Origin: Candidatus Bathyarchaeota archaeon
Lineage (GTDB): Archaea; Thermoproteota; Bathyarchaeia; Bathyarchaeales; Bathycorpusculaceae
NCBI GenBank assembly: GCA_963775465.1
Contig: CAVZIW010000006.1
Coordinates: forward strand, 128,001 to 192,000
Reading direction: 5' to 3'
DNA length: 64,000 nt
The notes beneath the pieces were generated by a model, which had not been told where the DNA came from, made no database searches, and saw only the letters and a list, made by a program, of their open reading frames with translations. Of the stretch, positions 30,701 to 41,094 are shown one piece after another (position 1 is the first letter of the stretch; each line of letters opens with the position of its first letter). Position numbers and translations under genes: made by a program.

Positions 30701-32617
30701 GTGAGTGAAGTCACAGCAAACACTGCTTGGAGAGCACTTGCAGAAAAGTATTGGCTCTCATTTGTGTTGTTGCTGTTGGTCTTAGTATCGGTTTTTTCAG
30801 GTGCAGTTGCAGTTTTAACTGCTTTGTTTTTTACTTTTTTGGTTCCAGGGTTGATTGGTTACCGTTTTTTTCCTTTGAAGAAATACGAAATTTGGGCGTT
30901 TGTTCCAGTCTTTAGCATTCTCGTATCTGTTTCAATGGTCTACTACGTTTCTTTGGCATTTGGGTATTCGCGTGCTACGATTCTTTTATGTTTTCTTGCT
31001 TTAACAGTCGCATATTTTTTGGTAGTTTATCGCAAAGGTGAATCATTGAAGCTTCCAGGGTTTCTAAGACAAATAATGTATTTTAAAAAATCTACTCTCT
31101 TGGTTTTTGCAGTAATTTTCTTTGTTTCTTTTGGTGTTTTGTATCAGAGTGTTTGGCGCAGTGATCAATATGGAATTGTACTAACAGGTTCAAATTGGCA
31201 AGATACGCCATTCCATTATGAAATAATTGAGAGTCTAAATCAAGGTAATTTTCCGCCTCAAACCCCAAACTACATCGGCACACCCTTAACTTACCACTAT
31301 TTCGTTGATTTCCATACTGCAATTGTGGAAAAAATGTATGGTTATTTGCCTACTTTGATGCCTTTTCTCAACGCCGTTTTTATTTTGGTTTTTGCTTTGG
31401 CAATTTATGCGTTAGCGAGACCTTATGGTAGAAAAGTTGCAGTTGTTGCGACAGTCATTGCAGTGTTCGGGTGGGGCTTTAGCTATTTCGGCTTATTCTC
31501 AGCTCTACTTAACGGCACTTTTAATCCAACACAGAATTACATCTATCAATTCCAGCAACAATTCGGTTTACCTTCCATGTTTGACAACTTGCTCCAGCAA
31601 CGTCCCTTGCTTATGGGTTTACCTGTGTTTGCTTTGGTTTTAGCGCTTCTGCGGGACATGGGTGATAAAAACAAGATAATTTTAGCTGGCGTCTTAACGG
31701 GTCTAGTTTTCCAGTTCCACAACGTTGCCTTCTTCTGTTGTTATCTCGCTTTCGCAGTTAGTGTTCTTTTTAGTCTGCGGAAATTCAAGTTTAGCTTCCT
31801 CTATTTTCTGATTCCAAGCGTTTTTGCGTTGCCATTTATTCTTTCGAGCGGTGGCTCGTTTAATTTCTCTGTTAGTTCTCTGTTTGTGGCCCAGTTTGTT
31901 CAAAATCCTTTTGTCTATTACTTCTTAAATCTTGGTGTGCCTTTCATCTTGGCTATTGTTTCATTTATAAAACCTGGTCACGAATACCTGAAGGTGACTT
32001 TTCTGCTTTTATTTTTTATTCCTAACCTTCTGTTATTGACACCTTGGGTTTGGGATATGTACAAGTTTTTCATGTTTGCTTGGGTTCCCATCGCTGTTTT
32101 GTTAGGAATTGTTTTGGCTAAGGTTAAATGGCGAATTGTTGTGGTGGCGTTGGTTTTAGTTTCAGTTTTGACATCCACAAGTGTCATAATTTATAATGTT
32201 GGTACAGAGTACCAAGGAGCTAACTGGGACGAGTACAATTTGGGGCTATGGATTAGAGATAACACCCCGCAGAATTCGGTGTTTTTAACGTATTATGGCA
32301 TTCATGAACCGCCGACCATGATAGGTGGGCGCTTGCGTGTTTCGTCATATGTGTATTGGCCCTATGGGCATGGGGTCCCCTTGGATCAAGTCTTCCAGAG
32401 GGAAAATGAAATTGACTCTGCATTCAACGGAACAGAAACCCAGTTGGCAGCAATAGTTCGCCTGTACAATGTTAGTTACGTTTATGTTGGAAACGAAGAA
32501 CTCGACAACTACCCTGCTTGTATAATCCATTTCGCTTCTATAAACTGGTTAACAACTGTTTATTCGGAGAGGACATTTAGGGTTTACCAAATAGATTGGG
32601 CTTTGATGGATAGTTAG
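30701..32617 (+). CDS. Large multi-pass membrane protein, GT-C glycosyltransferase-like
   Basis: NWQDTPFH, FPPQTP, YHYFVDF; C-terminal WIRDNTP...YNVSYVYVG periplasmic-type domain. Confidence 0.75.
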   Translation: MSEVTANTAWRALAEKYWLSFVLLLLVLVSVFSGAVAVLTALFFTFLVPGLIGYRFFPLKKYEIWAFVPVFSILVSVSMVYYVSLAFGYSRATILLCFLALTVAYFLVVYRKGESLKLPGFLRQIMYFKKSTLLVFAVIFFVSFGVLYQSVWRSDQYGIVLTGSNWQDTPFHYEIIESLNQGNFPPQTPNYIGTPLTYHYFVDFHTAIVEKMYGYLPTLMPFLNAVFILVFALAIYALARPYGRKVAVVATVIAVFGWGFSYFGLFSALLNGTFNPTQNYIYQFQQQFGLPSMFDNLLQQRPLLMGLPVFALVLALLRDMGDKNKIILAGVLTGLVFQFHNVAFFCCYLAFAVSVLFSLRKFKFSFLYFLIPSVFALPFILSSGGSFNFSVSSLFVAQFVQNPFVYYFLNLGVPFILAIVSFIKPGHEYLKVTFLLLFFIPNLLLLTPWVWDMYKFFMFAWVPIAVLLGIVLAKVKWRIVVVALVLVSVLTSTSVIIYNVGTEYQGANWDEYNLGLWIRDNTPQNSVFLTYYGIHEPPTMIGGRLRVSSYVYWPYGHGVPLDQVFQRENEIDSAFNGTETQLAAIVRLYNVSYVYVGNEELDNYPACIIHFASINWLTTVYSERTFRVYQIDWALMDS

Positions 32618-32665
32618 ATGTTGCTTCAAAAATCTTATATACTCAGACACTTGAAAAGTGAAACT

Positions 32666-33067
32666 ATGACCTCTAAGGCAATTAATTTAGGTTTAATTCA
32701 CAAAATCCTCATAATATTTGTTACGATAAATATTATAGGTGACATCGGCAACGTTGCTTTTTGGTGGGTAAGCCCTGATTCAAGGGCAGCGTCGCTGAAC
32801 ACAGGATACATTGGTGTTGTAGCAGGCATCGACAACGCGCTAGTCGCAGGGACAATAATCCTATTAGTTGTTGCAGCGGTTTACATTGTCGCTCTCTTCG
32901 GCTTGCTAAAGAAGATGACTTGGGCACCATTATTAGTTATAGCTATATCCATCGCTAACCGTGTTATCGCATTGCCGCTCTACTTTATCAGTCCCGCTTT
33001 CGCCTTTTGGGCAATCTGGACAGTAATTCTTGTCGTTGTTTCCTATCTTGATTGGCGCAAAATGTAG
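32666..33067 (+). CDS. Four-TM hypothetical protein
   Basis: Hydrophobic ORF; ATG at 32666 lies downstream of a TATA-like CTTATAT. Confidence 0.7.
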   Translation: MTSKAINLGLIHKILIIFVTINIIGDIGNVAFWWVSPDSRAASLNTGYIGVVAGIDNALVAGTIILLVVAAVYIVALFGLLKKMTWAPLLVIAISIANRVIALPLYFISPAFAFWAIWTVILVVVSYLDWRKM

Positions 33068-33098
33068 ATAATGCCGCAAGGATAAACTTTTTTCTTTT

Positions 33099-33590
33099 TT
33101 AACTTTCGGTCTTTAGCGGGGTAATATGTTTTTTACCGCTTAGGTAGTTAATGTCAATCCTGCCCATGGTGGTTTTCTGCAGTTTTTCTGGCTTGATTTT
33201 GGAGAGCTTTAGTTCAGGGTTTGGGGCTACTTGAAGTATGAGAACTTGTATTGCGTGCCATTTTTCCTTAAGTTCAGAAATAAGACTAAATGTGCCACTG
33301 AAGTGAACGCATGTGTAAGCATAGTCGCATTCGTCAGTTACACCGAAATCCAGCACTGCCTGACCCCATACGCGGTTGTTGGACTGTGCATAAATCAGCT
33401 TTTTACCTTGGGGTGCACAATGAAAATATAGGCAGTTTCTTATTTCGTCATATCCATGGCTCAAAGCTACGAGGTAAGGCTCATTGTCTTTGCTGAGTGC
33501 GATAGTGACATATTTTGTGGTTTTTAGAACTTGACGCATTTCAGTGAGGTCAGTGATTTCGCGTTCTTTGCGACGGACATGAAACGACAT
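33099..33590 (-). CDS. Pyridoxamine 5'-phosphate oxidase-like FMN-binding protein (NimA-like)
   Basis: RRKEREI, PYLVALS, LYFHCA..GKK, SGK; GGTGA SD. Confidence 0.88.
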   Translation of the reverse strand: MSFHVRRKEREITDLTEMRQVLKTTKYVTIALSKDNEPYLVALSHGYDEIRNCLYFHCAPQGKKLIYAQSNNRVWGQAVLDFGVTDECDYAYTCVHFSGTFSLISELKEKWHAIQVLILQVAPNPELKLSKIKPEKLQKTTMGRIDINYLSGKKHITPLKTES

Positions 33591-33623
33591 ACTTCTCACC
33601 TAATTGATTTGATGCTGTTTATT

Positions 33624-34139
33624 TTAGCGTTTGCCCCTGTGGTAAGTTTTTGCTATCTTGTTTTTGATGAAGCCAATTACGCTAGGAGTAAATATGGAAA
33701 GCGACGCCAAGGCAAAGTTTAACGGGAAAACCATTGGGTATTCAAATAGATTCCCACCGTATGACCCCATGATATTTTGGAGGTTACCCCAAAGCTGAAA
33801 GAGTGACCAGAGGCTTGTCCACAGCAATGCGCCTCCAAGTCGAGCTAAATATTTTTGCTTTCGAGTGAATCCTTCTTTGTGAAGGTTCGTGTATAGAATT
33901 TCTCCTGCAACTGCTCCTGCGCCTCCTGGAAAAAAGGCGTTAACCAGAATCTTCTCCACTAAATTACCTGGAATATAGTGATCAACCCATGGAACTGCAA
34001 GCAAACTTAAACCGGGGAGTAGAACGTTGCCTGTTACTACTCGAACCAAAACTGGTAGCGCGTATATGACTGCGCCGCCAATTTGCCAAACCCAAAATCG
34101 TTTCGACCTAAACAAGTTTGCAATTGCATTCAAGCGCAT
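33624..34139 (-). CDS. Membrane hypothetical protein (possibly co-transcribed with citG)
   Basis: Hydrophobic ORF; NAFFPGGAGAVAGE motif. Confidence 0.7.
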   Translation of the reverse strand: MRLNAIANLFRSKRFWVWQIGGAVIYALPVLVRVVTGNVLLPGLSLLAVPWVDHYIPGNLVEKILVNAFFPGGAGAVAGEILYTNLHKEGFTRKQKYLARLGGALLWTSLWSLFQLWGNLQNIMGSYGGNLFEYPMVFPLNFALASLSIFTPSVIGFIKNKIAKTYHRGKR

Positions 34140-34213
34140 AGCAACTAAGAATTCTTGATTATATAAAAAACCTTTCAGCAATAAAGAGAAGAAGTCATCG
34201 CTAATAGTGTCTG

Positions 34214-35161
34214 TTAAGGGCGATAACCGTTAAGAGTCGCTAAGGCTAGTGCAGAGGCAGTTAAATCCGCCGTTGTTCCCGGGTTGCATTTGTTTCCTGA
34301 GGAGCGGAGTTTCTTGTCAAAGGCTTTAAGACTTTTTCTTCCCTTGATTGTCTCGAGTCCGCCGAGTTCTAGCACAATTTTTGCTTCTGATGATACTTCA
34401 AGGGCTTTTTCTTTGCCGACTTTTCGGGCTATGAATGTGTCTGGTCGTGTTGAAAGGATTTTAAGGAATGTATGTACGATTGTAACGTTTAATGGCTTAT
34501 GATTCAGTTGTTGCTCTAAGTAGGGATAGGCCAAGTCAAAGGTTACAGGGTAATTGTTAACCCATTCGTGACAAATATCATCGTAGTCTTGAGCTAACTT
34601 GAATACTTCAAATAATCCAACATTTTCCTTAATCAACCGCTCTTTTGAGTTTGGGTTAGAAACATCCAAATCGGGTGCACCGCCTAAACCACTTGGATTT
34701 GCAATATCCACTGCTTCATACAGATGCACTGAATCCACAGCGCTTGTGGATTTAACTACTGTTTTTAGGTTTCTGCGCATAACTGAAAAATCAATAGCTG
34801 TATCTTTTTTTTGCGCCGTCATGCCAGCAGCGACCGCTAGAGGTACAAGCAGCATAATAGTTCCCAAAATCGTGTTGCCTCCTCGCTGCCAAACTGCAAC
34901 ATTCATTGCACAAACTTTAATCAACTCACCAACACCGACTTTGCCTGCCTCAAGCCTGCCTTCTAATACCTCCACACCGCGTTGAGCTGCTTTTTGAAAT
35001 GTAGGTCCAACTGCAACCGCAGAAGCCAAAAAATGCTCCGCTCTGGTTCCTTGAAAACCTGTTTCAAAACCCACGTTTCCAGGTTTTTGAACGCTTACCT
35101 CAAGAACGGTTGCTAACTGTAGACAGCGCGATATGTTTTGGGTTTTTTCGCAGTTACTCAT
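34214..35161 (-). CDS. citG: CitG family triphosphoribosyl-transferase (archaeal, H4MPT-linked type)
   Basis: LEVSVQKPGNV, NTILG, DTFIARK, NPGTTADL. Confidence 0.9.
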   Translation of the reverse strand: MSNCEKTQNISRCLQLATVLEVSVQKPGNVGFETGFQGTRAEHFLASAVAVGPTFQKAAQRGVEVLEGRLEAGKVGVGELIKVCAMNVAVWQRGGNTILGTIMLLVPLAVAAGMTAQKKDTAIDFSVMRRNLKTVVKSTSAVDSVHLYEAVDIANPSGLGGAPDLDVSNPNSKERLIKENVGLFEVFKLAQDYDDICHEWVNNYPVTFDLAYPYLEQQLNHKPLNVTIVHTFLKILSTRPDTFIARKVGKEKALEVSSEAKIVLELGGLETIKGRKSLKAFDKKLRSSGNKCNPGTTADLTASALALATLNGYRP

Positions 35162-35233
35162 TGATAGCTCTAGCTATTCTGGTTCAAAAAAGCTTTATTA
35201 AAGTTTTTAGGCTTCAACCTTGAAGCGTTTATT

Positions 35234-36250
35234 ATGATGCCTCGAGAAGGGGACTTAATCAAAACAAAAAGCGGTGTAGTCTTTGATGTTAAGGGACTTA
35301 TTCATCCACCAAGTAAAATTATTGCGTTTCCACGCTTTATTCCATCGCCCGAGGGTACCCGAAAAGGCAAAAATGCGACTTATGGCAAAATTTACAGTCT
35401 CGGTGACCGGTTCAATTATCTGCAGCAGAACCATCCTGACCTCATAGTTTTTGACCCTGTTTTCGGTGAAACTCTCTGCGAAGTGCCCTTTAGCCATATT
35501 GCCACGCACTATCGGCCAACAGAAAAACTCGCTTCACTTCTCAAAGCTAAACATCTAACAGAACTCGAAAACAAGGCTTTACAGCTTGCGATAAGGCTAA
35601 AAGAAAAAGCCAAAATTCCATGGAGCGCTATTGGTATTTCAGGTTCGATCATGGTGGGTTTAACTAATGAAGCCTCAGACATTGACCCCCTTGTTTATGG
35701 CACAGAAAATAGCCAAAAAGCATACATTGCACTGCAGAAGCTCCGTTGTGAAGCGGATTCAGACTTCAAACCCTATACTCAAGATGAACTCCACGATCTC
35801 TTCGACTTTCGTTCGAAAGATACACAGATGAGCTTCGAAGACTTCGCAGTAGTCGAAAGTCGTAAAGCTTTCCAAGGAAAATTCATGAAAACCGATTACT
35901 ACATTCGATTTGTGAAAGATTGGAGTGACCTCAATGAACAATATGGCGACATGTGTTTCAAAAACAGTGGTTATTCAAGAATAGTAGCCACCACAGCTGA
36001 CAGTTCCAACGCACTTTTCACTCCCTGCACTTACAAACTAAAAGACGTGCAAGTGCTTGAAGGACCCAAACTTGCACCAATTGAGGAAGTGGTGTCTTTT
36101 CGCGGAAGATTCTGTAAACAAGCCTTCGACGGAGAAAAAATTGAGGCGCAGGGCAAAGTTGAGTTAGTGACAAACAAGAAAAATACTGCGAAACATTACC
36201 GTTTAATTCTAGGCAATAAGCCTGCCGATTATATGGTGCTATTGCGTTAA
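35234..36250 (+). CDS. Pol-beta-like nucleotidyltransferase, paralogue A (COG1665-like)
   Basis: EGD..FDVKGLIHP; GISGSIMVG...SDIDPLVYG; C-terminal beta-rich domain. Confidence 0.85.
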   Translation: MMPREGDLIKTKSGVVFDVKGLIHPPSKIIAFPRFIPSPEGTRKGKNATYGKIYSLGDRFNYLQQNHPDLIVFDPVFGETLCEVPFSHIATHYRPTEKLASLLKAKHLTELENKALQLAIRLKEKAKIPWSAIGISGSIMVGLTNEASDIDPLVYGTENSQKAYIALQKLRCEADSDFKPYTQDELHDLFDFRSKDTQMSFEDFAVVESRKAFQGKFMKTDYYIRFVKDWSDLNEQYGDMCFKNSGYSRIVATTADSSNALFTPCTYKLKDVQVLEGPKLAPIEEVVSFRGRFCKQAFDGEKIEAQGKVELVTNKKNTAKHYRLILGNKPADYMVLLR

Positions 36251-37320
36251 TGAATTACTTTTAGGACTTGTTCGTAGTAGCGTGGGCAATAAGTAAGGGT
36301 GATTTGGCTGAAACTATCCTTTGGAGAATCAATCTCCTCTAAGTTGCCTTCCACGACTATGATTTCGTCTTTTTTGGCTTGTTGGCGGAACTCCTCCATA
36401 TAAGAGAAGATACGCGTCACTCCCATTGCCTCTTTTGGACCGCTTAACACCTCTAAGGGTTCTATGCCATATACCGATGGAATAAACGGTGAATCCTCGT
36501 CGGTGGTTACGCGGGCTCGGATTCTTGACCAACCCCTCTGCATGATGTGTGCCTTGGGGTTATATTCCGATTTGATTTCGTTCCAAGCTTTCACAGGCTC
36601 AAACTCAGCCTTAATCACTCTGCCACTATCTTTACGGTCATCATACAAGCCGTAAATCATCTTGCGGCGTTGATGCCACACAAAATCTTTAACATCAAAG
36701 TTTTTGAATCGCCAATCTTTACCTTTCATGACTTCATAGGATTCAAACTCGTTTTTTAAACCAGAATTGTTGTCAGCATAAAGTTCACTCATGGTTTGGC
36801 AAATTTTTGCGTTTTCTTCTTTGCCATAAATAGTAAAATCAATGTCTGAATATTTTGGGTGATGAAAACCATGGAGCATGGATCCGAAAACGCCGAAACT
36901 TTTTGAAGACACACCTGAAATTTTAGTCGTTATACCCAGGACCTTTTCCATTGCTGATAACAAGGGATCAATTGGTCCTGTCTTTAGCAGTTCTTCTAAA
37001 CGTGGTTGTGGTTGTCTGGCTTCAATGATTAAGTTTTGAGGAACGCCAACGATTCTTAACCCCAGCATTTCATGGTTAACAAGGTAATGAGGATATTTTT
37101 TTGTGACGAGTTTCATGCCTTCGTCATTATAGAATTTGTAGTAAAGTTCGCCTCTGCCTTCTCTGGGCGCCCGTGGATCTGTTGAATGGAAAATCTTTGA
37201 GGAAGCATATTCAGCATCACAGATGTAGCTGTCTTTGGGGTGGCTGTAACCGAAGACTCGGAAAATTATGCCTTCGGCTGTTTGAATAGCATCGCGGTCG
37301 CGCAGGTTTAGATTGGCCAT
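36247..37320 (-). CDS. Pol-beta-like nucleotidyltransferase, paralogue B
   Basis: [12 protein letters not shown]; GVFGSMLHG...SDIDFTIYG; ATG at 37320 overlaps the stop of paralogue C. Confidence 0.85.
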   Translation of the reverse strand: MANLNLRDRDAIQTAEGIIFRVFGYSHPKDSYICDAEYASSKIFHSTDPRAPREGRGELYYKFYNDEGMKLVTKKYPHYLVNHEMLGLRIVGVPQNLIIEARQPQPRLEELLKTGPIDPLLSAMEKVLGITTKISGVSSKSFGVFGSMLHGFHHPKYSDIDFTIYGKEENAKICQTMSELYADNNSGLKNEFESYEVMKGKDWRFKNFDVKDFVWHQRRKMIYGLYDDRKDSGRVIKAEFEPVKAWNEIKSEYNPKAHIMQRGWSRIRARVTTDEDSPFIPSVYGIEPLEVLSGPKEAMGVTRIFSYMEEFRQQAKKDEIIVVEGNLEEIDSPKDSFSQITLTYCPRYYEQVLKVIH

Positions 37321-38354
37321 ATGTATTCTTCTTCTGAAGTGGCTGTTCCGACAACAACTTGGTAGAAGACGCTGCCGTCTTTGATGCTTTGGGCTTTTTC
37401 GAGGGTGCCTGCGACTTTTATTTGTTGTCCAGCTCTTGCAACGTTTCGGTAGCAACCGATGTTTGAAGTAACGATGGTTGGTGTTTGTTCGAGGGCAATT
37501 TCACTTTGGGCGTCTTGTGGTTGATAGTGGCTTATTCTGTAGATTGCAGGTCGATACATCGTTTGTGTGTCACTGCAAACTGTTGCGGTAAATCTCAGCT
37601 GGGAAAGAGGCGTGAAAGTATAATCGCCGTATTGAATTTTTATTTCATCAGGTTTCTTGGTTGCATTGTACATCCATATTTTGCCCTGATATTTTCCTAC
37701 AAACTTTCGGGCTGCTTCGATGCGGTTGCCCGCGATGTATGTAAATTTCGCTTCATTAACAAGACGCTGTATGGCTTGTTCAACTTGGCGGAAGTTTTCT
37801 GTGCCATAAACGACAAAGTCTATGTCTGATTCAGGTGCATGCATCTCCAATGCAATTGAACCATGAATGCCCAAATCACTTTTTGGAACACCTGCTTCTT
37901 TGGAGACTATATCAATTAGTTCAAGTGCTAGTGATTGGAGGCTATCGGGGTTCTTTAGGTTCTGTAGCCAAACGAGGCGATCTTTGGGCACGAATACTTG
38001 CTCGATTTTTTCCAGAGGTGCCGTTATTAGTTCTTTGCTTCGGGTCTGGTCGTAAAATAGGTAGTCGGGGAAAGTTTTTCGGAATGCTTCGATGAATGTT
38101 TGATAGTTTTTAGCAGTGTACAGTTTTTCAGCGCGAAAAAGCTGGCTGGTCATTGGGTTTGTACCAAAACGCCATGTACGTGAGAGCATTTCCACTTTGA
38201 AAAGTGCTTTGTACTGAGCTGGAATATACTTGAGAAATGCGAAGACACGGTCGTCGGGGTGTTCATACCCAAAAGTGTTCATGATAAAACCGTCTTTAGT
38301 GACGAATGTGTCTCCATCCATCGGCGTCCAAATTTGTGGTTCTTCTTCCGTAAT
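37308..38354 (-). CDS. Pol-beta-like nucleotidyltransferase, paralogue C (start ATT 38354 or ATG 38321)
   Basis: [12 protein letters not shown]; GIHGSIAL...SDIDFVVYG. Confidence 0.85.
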   Translation of the reverse strand: MTEEEPQIWTPMDGDTFVTKDGFIMNTFGYEHPDDRVFAFLKYIPAQYKALFKVEMLSRTWRFGTNPMTSQLFRAEKLYTAKNYQTFIEAFRKTFPDYLFYDQTRSKELITAPLEKIEQVFVPKDRLVWLQNLKNPDSLQSLALELIDIVSKEAGVPKSDLGIHGSIALEMHAPESDIDFVVYGTENFRQVEQAIQRLVNEAKFTYIAGNRIEAARKFVGKYQGKIWMYNATKKPDEIKIQYGDYTFTPLSQLRFTATVCSDTQTMYRPAIYRISHYQPQDAQSEIALEQTPTIVTSNIGCYRNVARAGQQIKVAGTLEKAQSIKDGSVFYQVVVGTATSEEEYIWPI

Positions 38355-38566
38355 CGTGCACCGCAAAAATAAGGTTGGACGTTGATTAAAAAAGCTATTT
38401 GTCAGCAACTTGATTATAATTTTTAGTAAATTCCAAGTTTAAATTACTGAGCCAGAAACTTTGCTTTTAAAGCTCTAAGGTCCTTGTAGGGGTAGAAATT
38501 TAATATAGACGCTTGACAAAATATACATTTACGATGTTATTTTCTGTTGCTGGGGATCGGTAAAAT

Positions 38567-39235
38567 ATGGTTTCCACTGGCATTGAAGATTTAGACCATA
38601 TTCTTGAAGACAGAGGTTATCCTGATAGGTCTGCAATTTTATTAATTAGTCCTCCAGGCGCCGGGAATGCACCCCTTGCCTATCTATTCCTGAAGTACGG
38701 CTTTAAGTGTGACGACACTGTAATGTGCCTCACCTCCAAGCCAATTACTGATTTACTAAATGACATGGCAGTTTTCGGCGTAAACAAGCAATCACCTGCA
38801 CAATACATCCAATGCTACGCAGATACATCACCCTACAGCCTAAACAACTTGACAAATCTCTTTATCAATATTAAAAAACAAATAGACACACTCACAGCTG
38901 AGCATAAAAGAATATACATAGACTTTCTTTCAGCTCTCTACATGTTGCATCCCGCTAAAACAGTCTACACATTTATCTGCGGACTTATTCAATACCTAAA
39001 AGACCAGGGTGCAACTATCGTAGCCAGTCTCGACGAAGGAGTGGTCGCTCTTGAGGCTCAACGTTCGATGGAAATGGTGTTTGATGGAGCTATAGAAATA
39101 AAAATCTTTGAAGAACGCTTCAACATAATACCATTAATGAGGGTTAAGAAAATGATGAGCCAAACCCCTTCTTACAATTATTATCGACTTGCCGTCTCAA
39201 AAGGAGAAATACATTTCCATGATTTCAACACTTGA
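38567..39235 (+). CDS. KaiC/RAD55-like single-domain protein with degenerate Walker A
   Basis: STGIEDLD..L..RGYP; SPPGAGNAP lacks K-T; RIYIDFLS; FDGAIE; RVKKM. Confidence 0.8.
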   Translation: MVSTGIEDLDHILEDRGYPDRSAILLISPPGAGNAPLAYLFLKYGFKCDDTVMCLTSKPITDLLNDMAVFGVNKQSPAQYIQCYADTSPYSLNNLTNLFINIKKQIDTLTAEHKRIYIDFLSALYMLHPAKTVYTFICGLIQYLKDQGATIVASLDEGVVALEAQRSMEMVFDGAIEIKIFEERFNIIPLMRVKKMMSQTPSYNYYRLAVSKGEIHFHDFNT

Positions 39236-39953
39236 AATTGTTCTCCTTCTCATAGGGACCGCAACCGTGCTTGCATTAGCATACAGTTCATTTTGGGCTT
39301 TCTCAATCAGAAGAGCACTCTATGAAAAAACCTATCGCCAACGAGCATTATGGACAGGTGCCTTCGCAACCTATAGCGCCTTAGAAATTGCTCTTATCGT
39401 CTATTTTCCGCACATTATAGGTTCATTAGCTATCAACATTGCTTGGCTTATCCTTGGTAGTGCATTATTACTTATATTGACTGTCTGGGCTTCCAGTAAC
39501 ATAAAAGTAGTTGTCTCTCTTGACCCGTATCACAAAAACCGCATGAAATGGCTTCAAACAAAAAAAATAGTTTGGTTAATTTCAATTCTTATCGTTGCTA
39601 TGAACATAGCTCCAGCACTCTACCTGCTGGGATACATTGATTATGCCCCTGTTTTTACCTTTATTAATACTTTGCAATTGACCTTCTTTGTAGCCCTCTT
39701 GGTATACCTGATTTCAGTAGCTCTGGCTTACCAATCTGTAATTCATGACAAACTTATGAAAGCATACCTCGAATCTTTCCTCTTCCTGCTCATAATACTA
39801 ATGTTAAACATCGTGCTATCGCCCGTATCTTCAGCTCTGGGTCTTTTTATAGGGCCATTTGCATTAACCGACAGCCTATTAATTCTCTCAGCATTCTTCC
39901 TTTATCGAATGTCAAAATCACTAGTTCCGGTAATAACAAAAATAAACCTGTAA
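39219..39953 (+). CDS. About seven-TM membrane protein (putative sensor)
   Basis: Seven hydrophobic segments; start overlaps the 3' end of the KaiC-like gene. Confidence 0.75.
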   Translation: MISTLEIVLLLIGTATVLALAYSSFWAFSIRRALYEKTYRQRALWTGAFATYSALEIALIVYFPHIIGSLAINIAWLILGSALLLILTVWASSNIKVVVSLDPYHKNRMKWLQTKKIVWLISILIVAMNIAPALYLLGYIDYAPVFTFINTLQLTFFVALLVYLISVALAYQSVIHDKLMKAYLESFLFLLIILMLNIVLSPVSSALGLFIGPFALTDSLLILSAFFLYRMSKSLVPVITKINL

Positions 39954-40219
39954 CATACTTTTGCTTCGAAAGTTTAAACCCAAAATCAATCTCCTTTACT
40001 TCATTTGTTCCATCTTCCAACTCGATGCATAGCCAATTGAAGGCTACGCAATAGAGCTATTGATGCTTTATGAATGAACTAATAATCAAGAAAATATAGA
40101 CGGAATTCATTATACACGCTTTTCGAAAATACTGATTTCTTACAATTAAGAAAATAATTTTATGTTCGTTGTTAATTTGAAAAGAAAATTATGGGGAAAA
40201 CATTCCCAAACTTGAGTAT

Positions 40220-40978
40220 CTATTTTTCGTTAAATATAGACATTGAAGGGTACACTTCAATCCCTGTTTGATCAATTGTATAGGGCACAAGACTTGGATT
40301 CACACTAACCCCTCGCATCTTTGAAACTTGGATGCCTCGAGAAGTTGTTCCACCCATGAAATACGTCTGCATCATTACAACGCCATGAACAAGAAATTCC
40401 TCGTCTGAGATTTTACGTTCAAGCCCTATCTGGCTCAATTCCGTTGTTATGAGAACTGTCACTCCCAAATCTGAAAGTGCCTCAATTAAGTCTACTCCCG
40501 CCGTTCTTCGTTCTGTCAAATCAGTGAACCGATAGAACAATGCAGCTAAAGAGTCAATAATTACCCTCTTAGCGTGTATTTGTTTAATTTTTGCTTGCAG
40601 TTCCTCTATAAGTTTATCGATTTCAAGGGATTTTCCTCTTAGACTACTGGACTCTACCTTCATCATTTTTTCTTTCAACATAGCTACTCTGGAAAGTCTT
40701 GTTGCATCTATGAAAGCAAATTTGCCTTCTTCCTCAGCTTTTTGAAAGTCCCAACCGAAATTCTTCATTTCTGAAAAAAAATGATTTTTATTTTCATCTA
40801 GACTGACCATTATTCCGTCTTCGTTAAATTCACTCAATCCTTTGTATAAGAACTGGGATGTTAGAACAGTTTTTCCAGTGCCTGGTCCTCCTATTACCAA
40901 GATTACTCTTCCTCTTGGGAAACCTCCACTCATTAATTCATCTAATCCGGGGACTCCAGTTGGAACCGTTTCTGTCAT
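40220..40978 (-). CDS. KaiC-like RecA-family ATPase
   Basis: TGVPGLDELMSGGFP, GGPGTGKT, VIIDS, SKMRG. Confidence 0.9.
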   Translation of the reverse strand: MTETVPTGVPGLDELMSGGFPRGRVILVIGGPGTGKTVLTSQFLYKGLSEFNEDGIMVSLDENKNHFFSEMKNFGWDFQKAEEEGKFAFIDATRLSRVAMLKEKMMKVESSSLRGKSLEIDKLIEELQAKIKQIHAKRVIIDSLAALFYRFTDLTERRTAGVDLIEALSDLGVTVLITTELSQIGLERKISDEEFLVHGVVMMQTYFMGGTTSRGIQVSKMRGVSVNPSLVPYTIDQTGIEVYPSMSIFNEK

Positions 40979-41094
40979 TTGATTCACCGTTCAAAAAGTC
41001 AATTATTGGATATTTATAAGTTGCGTCAAAAATTAAAGTGGAGAAACCACAGTTGCTGTTTCTTTTCCATCTATCTTTAACTAACTTTTAATGA

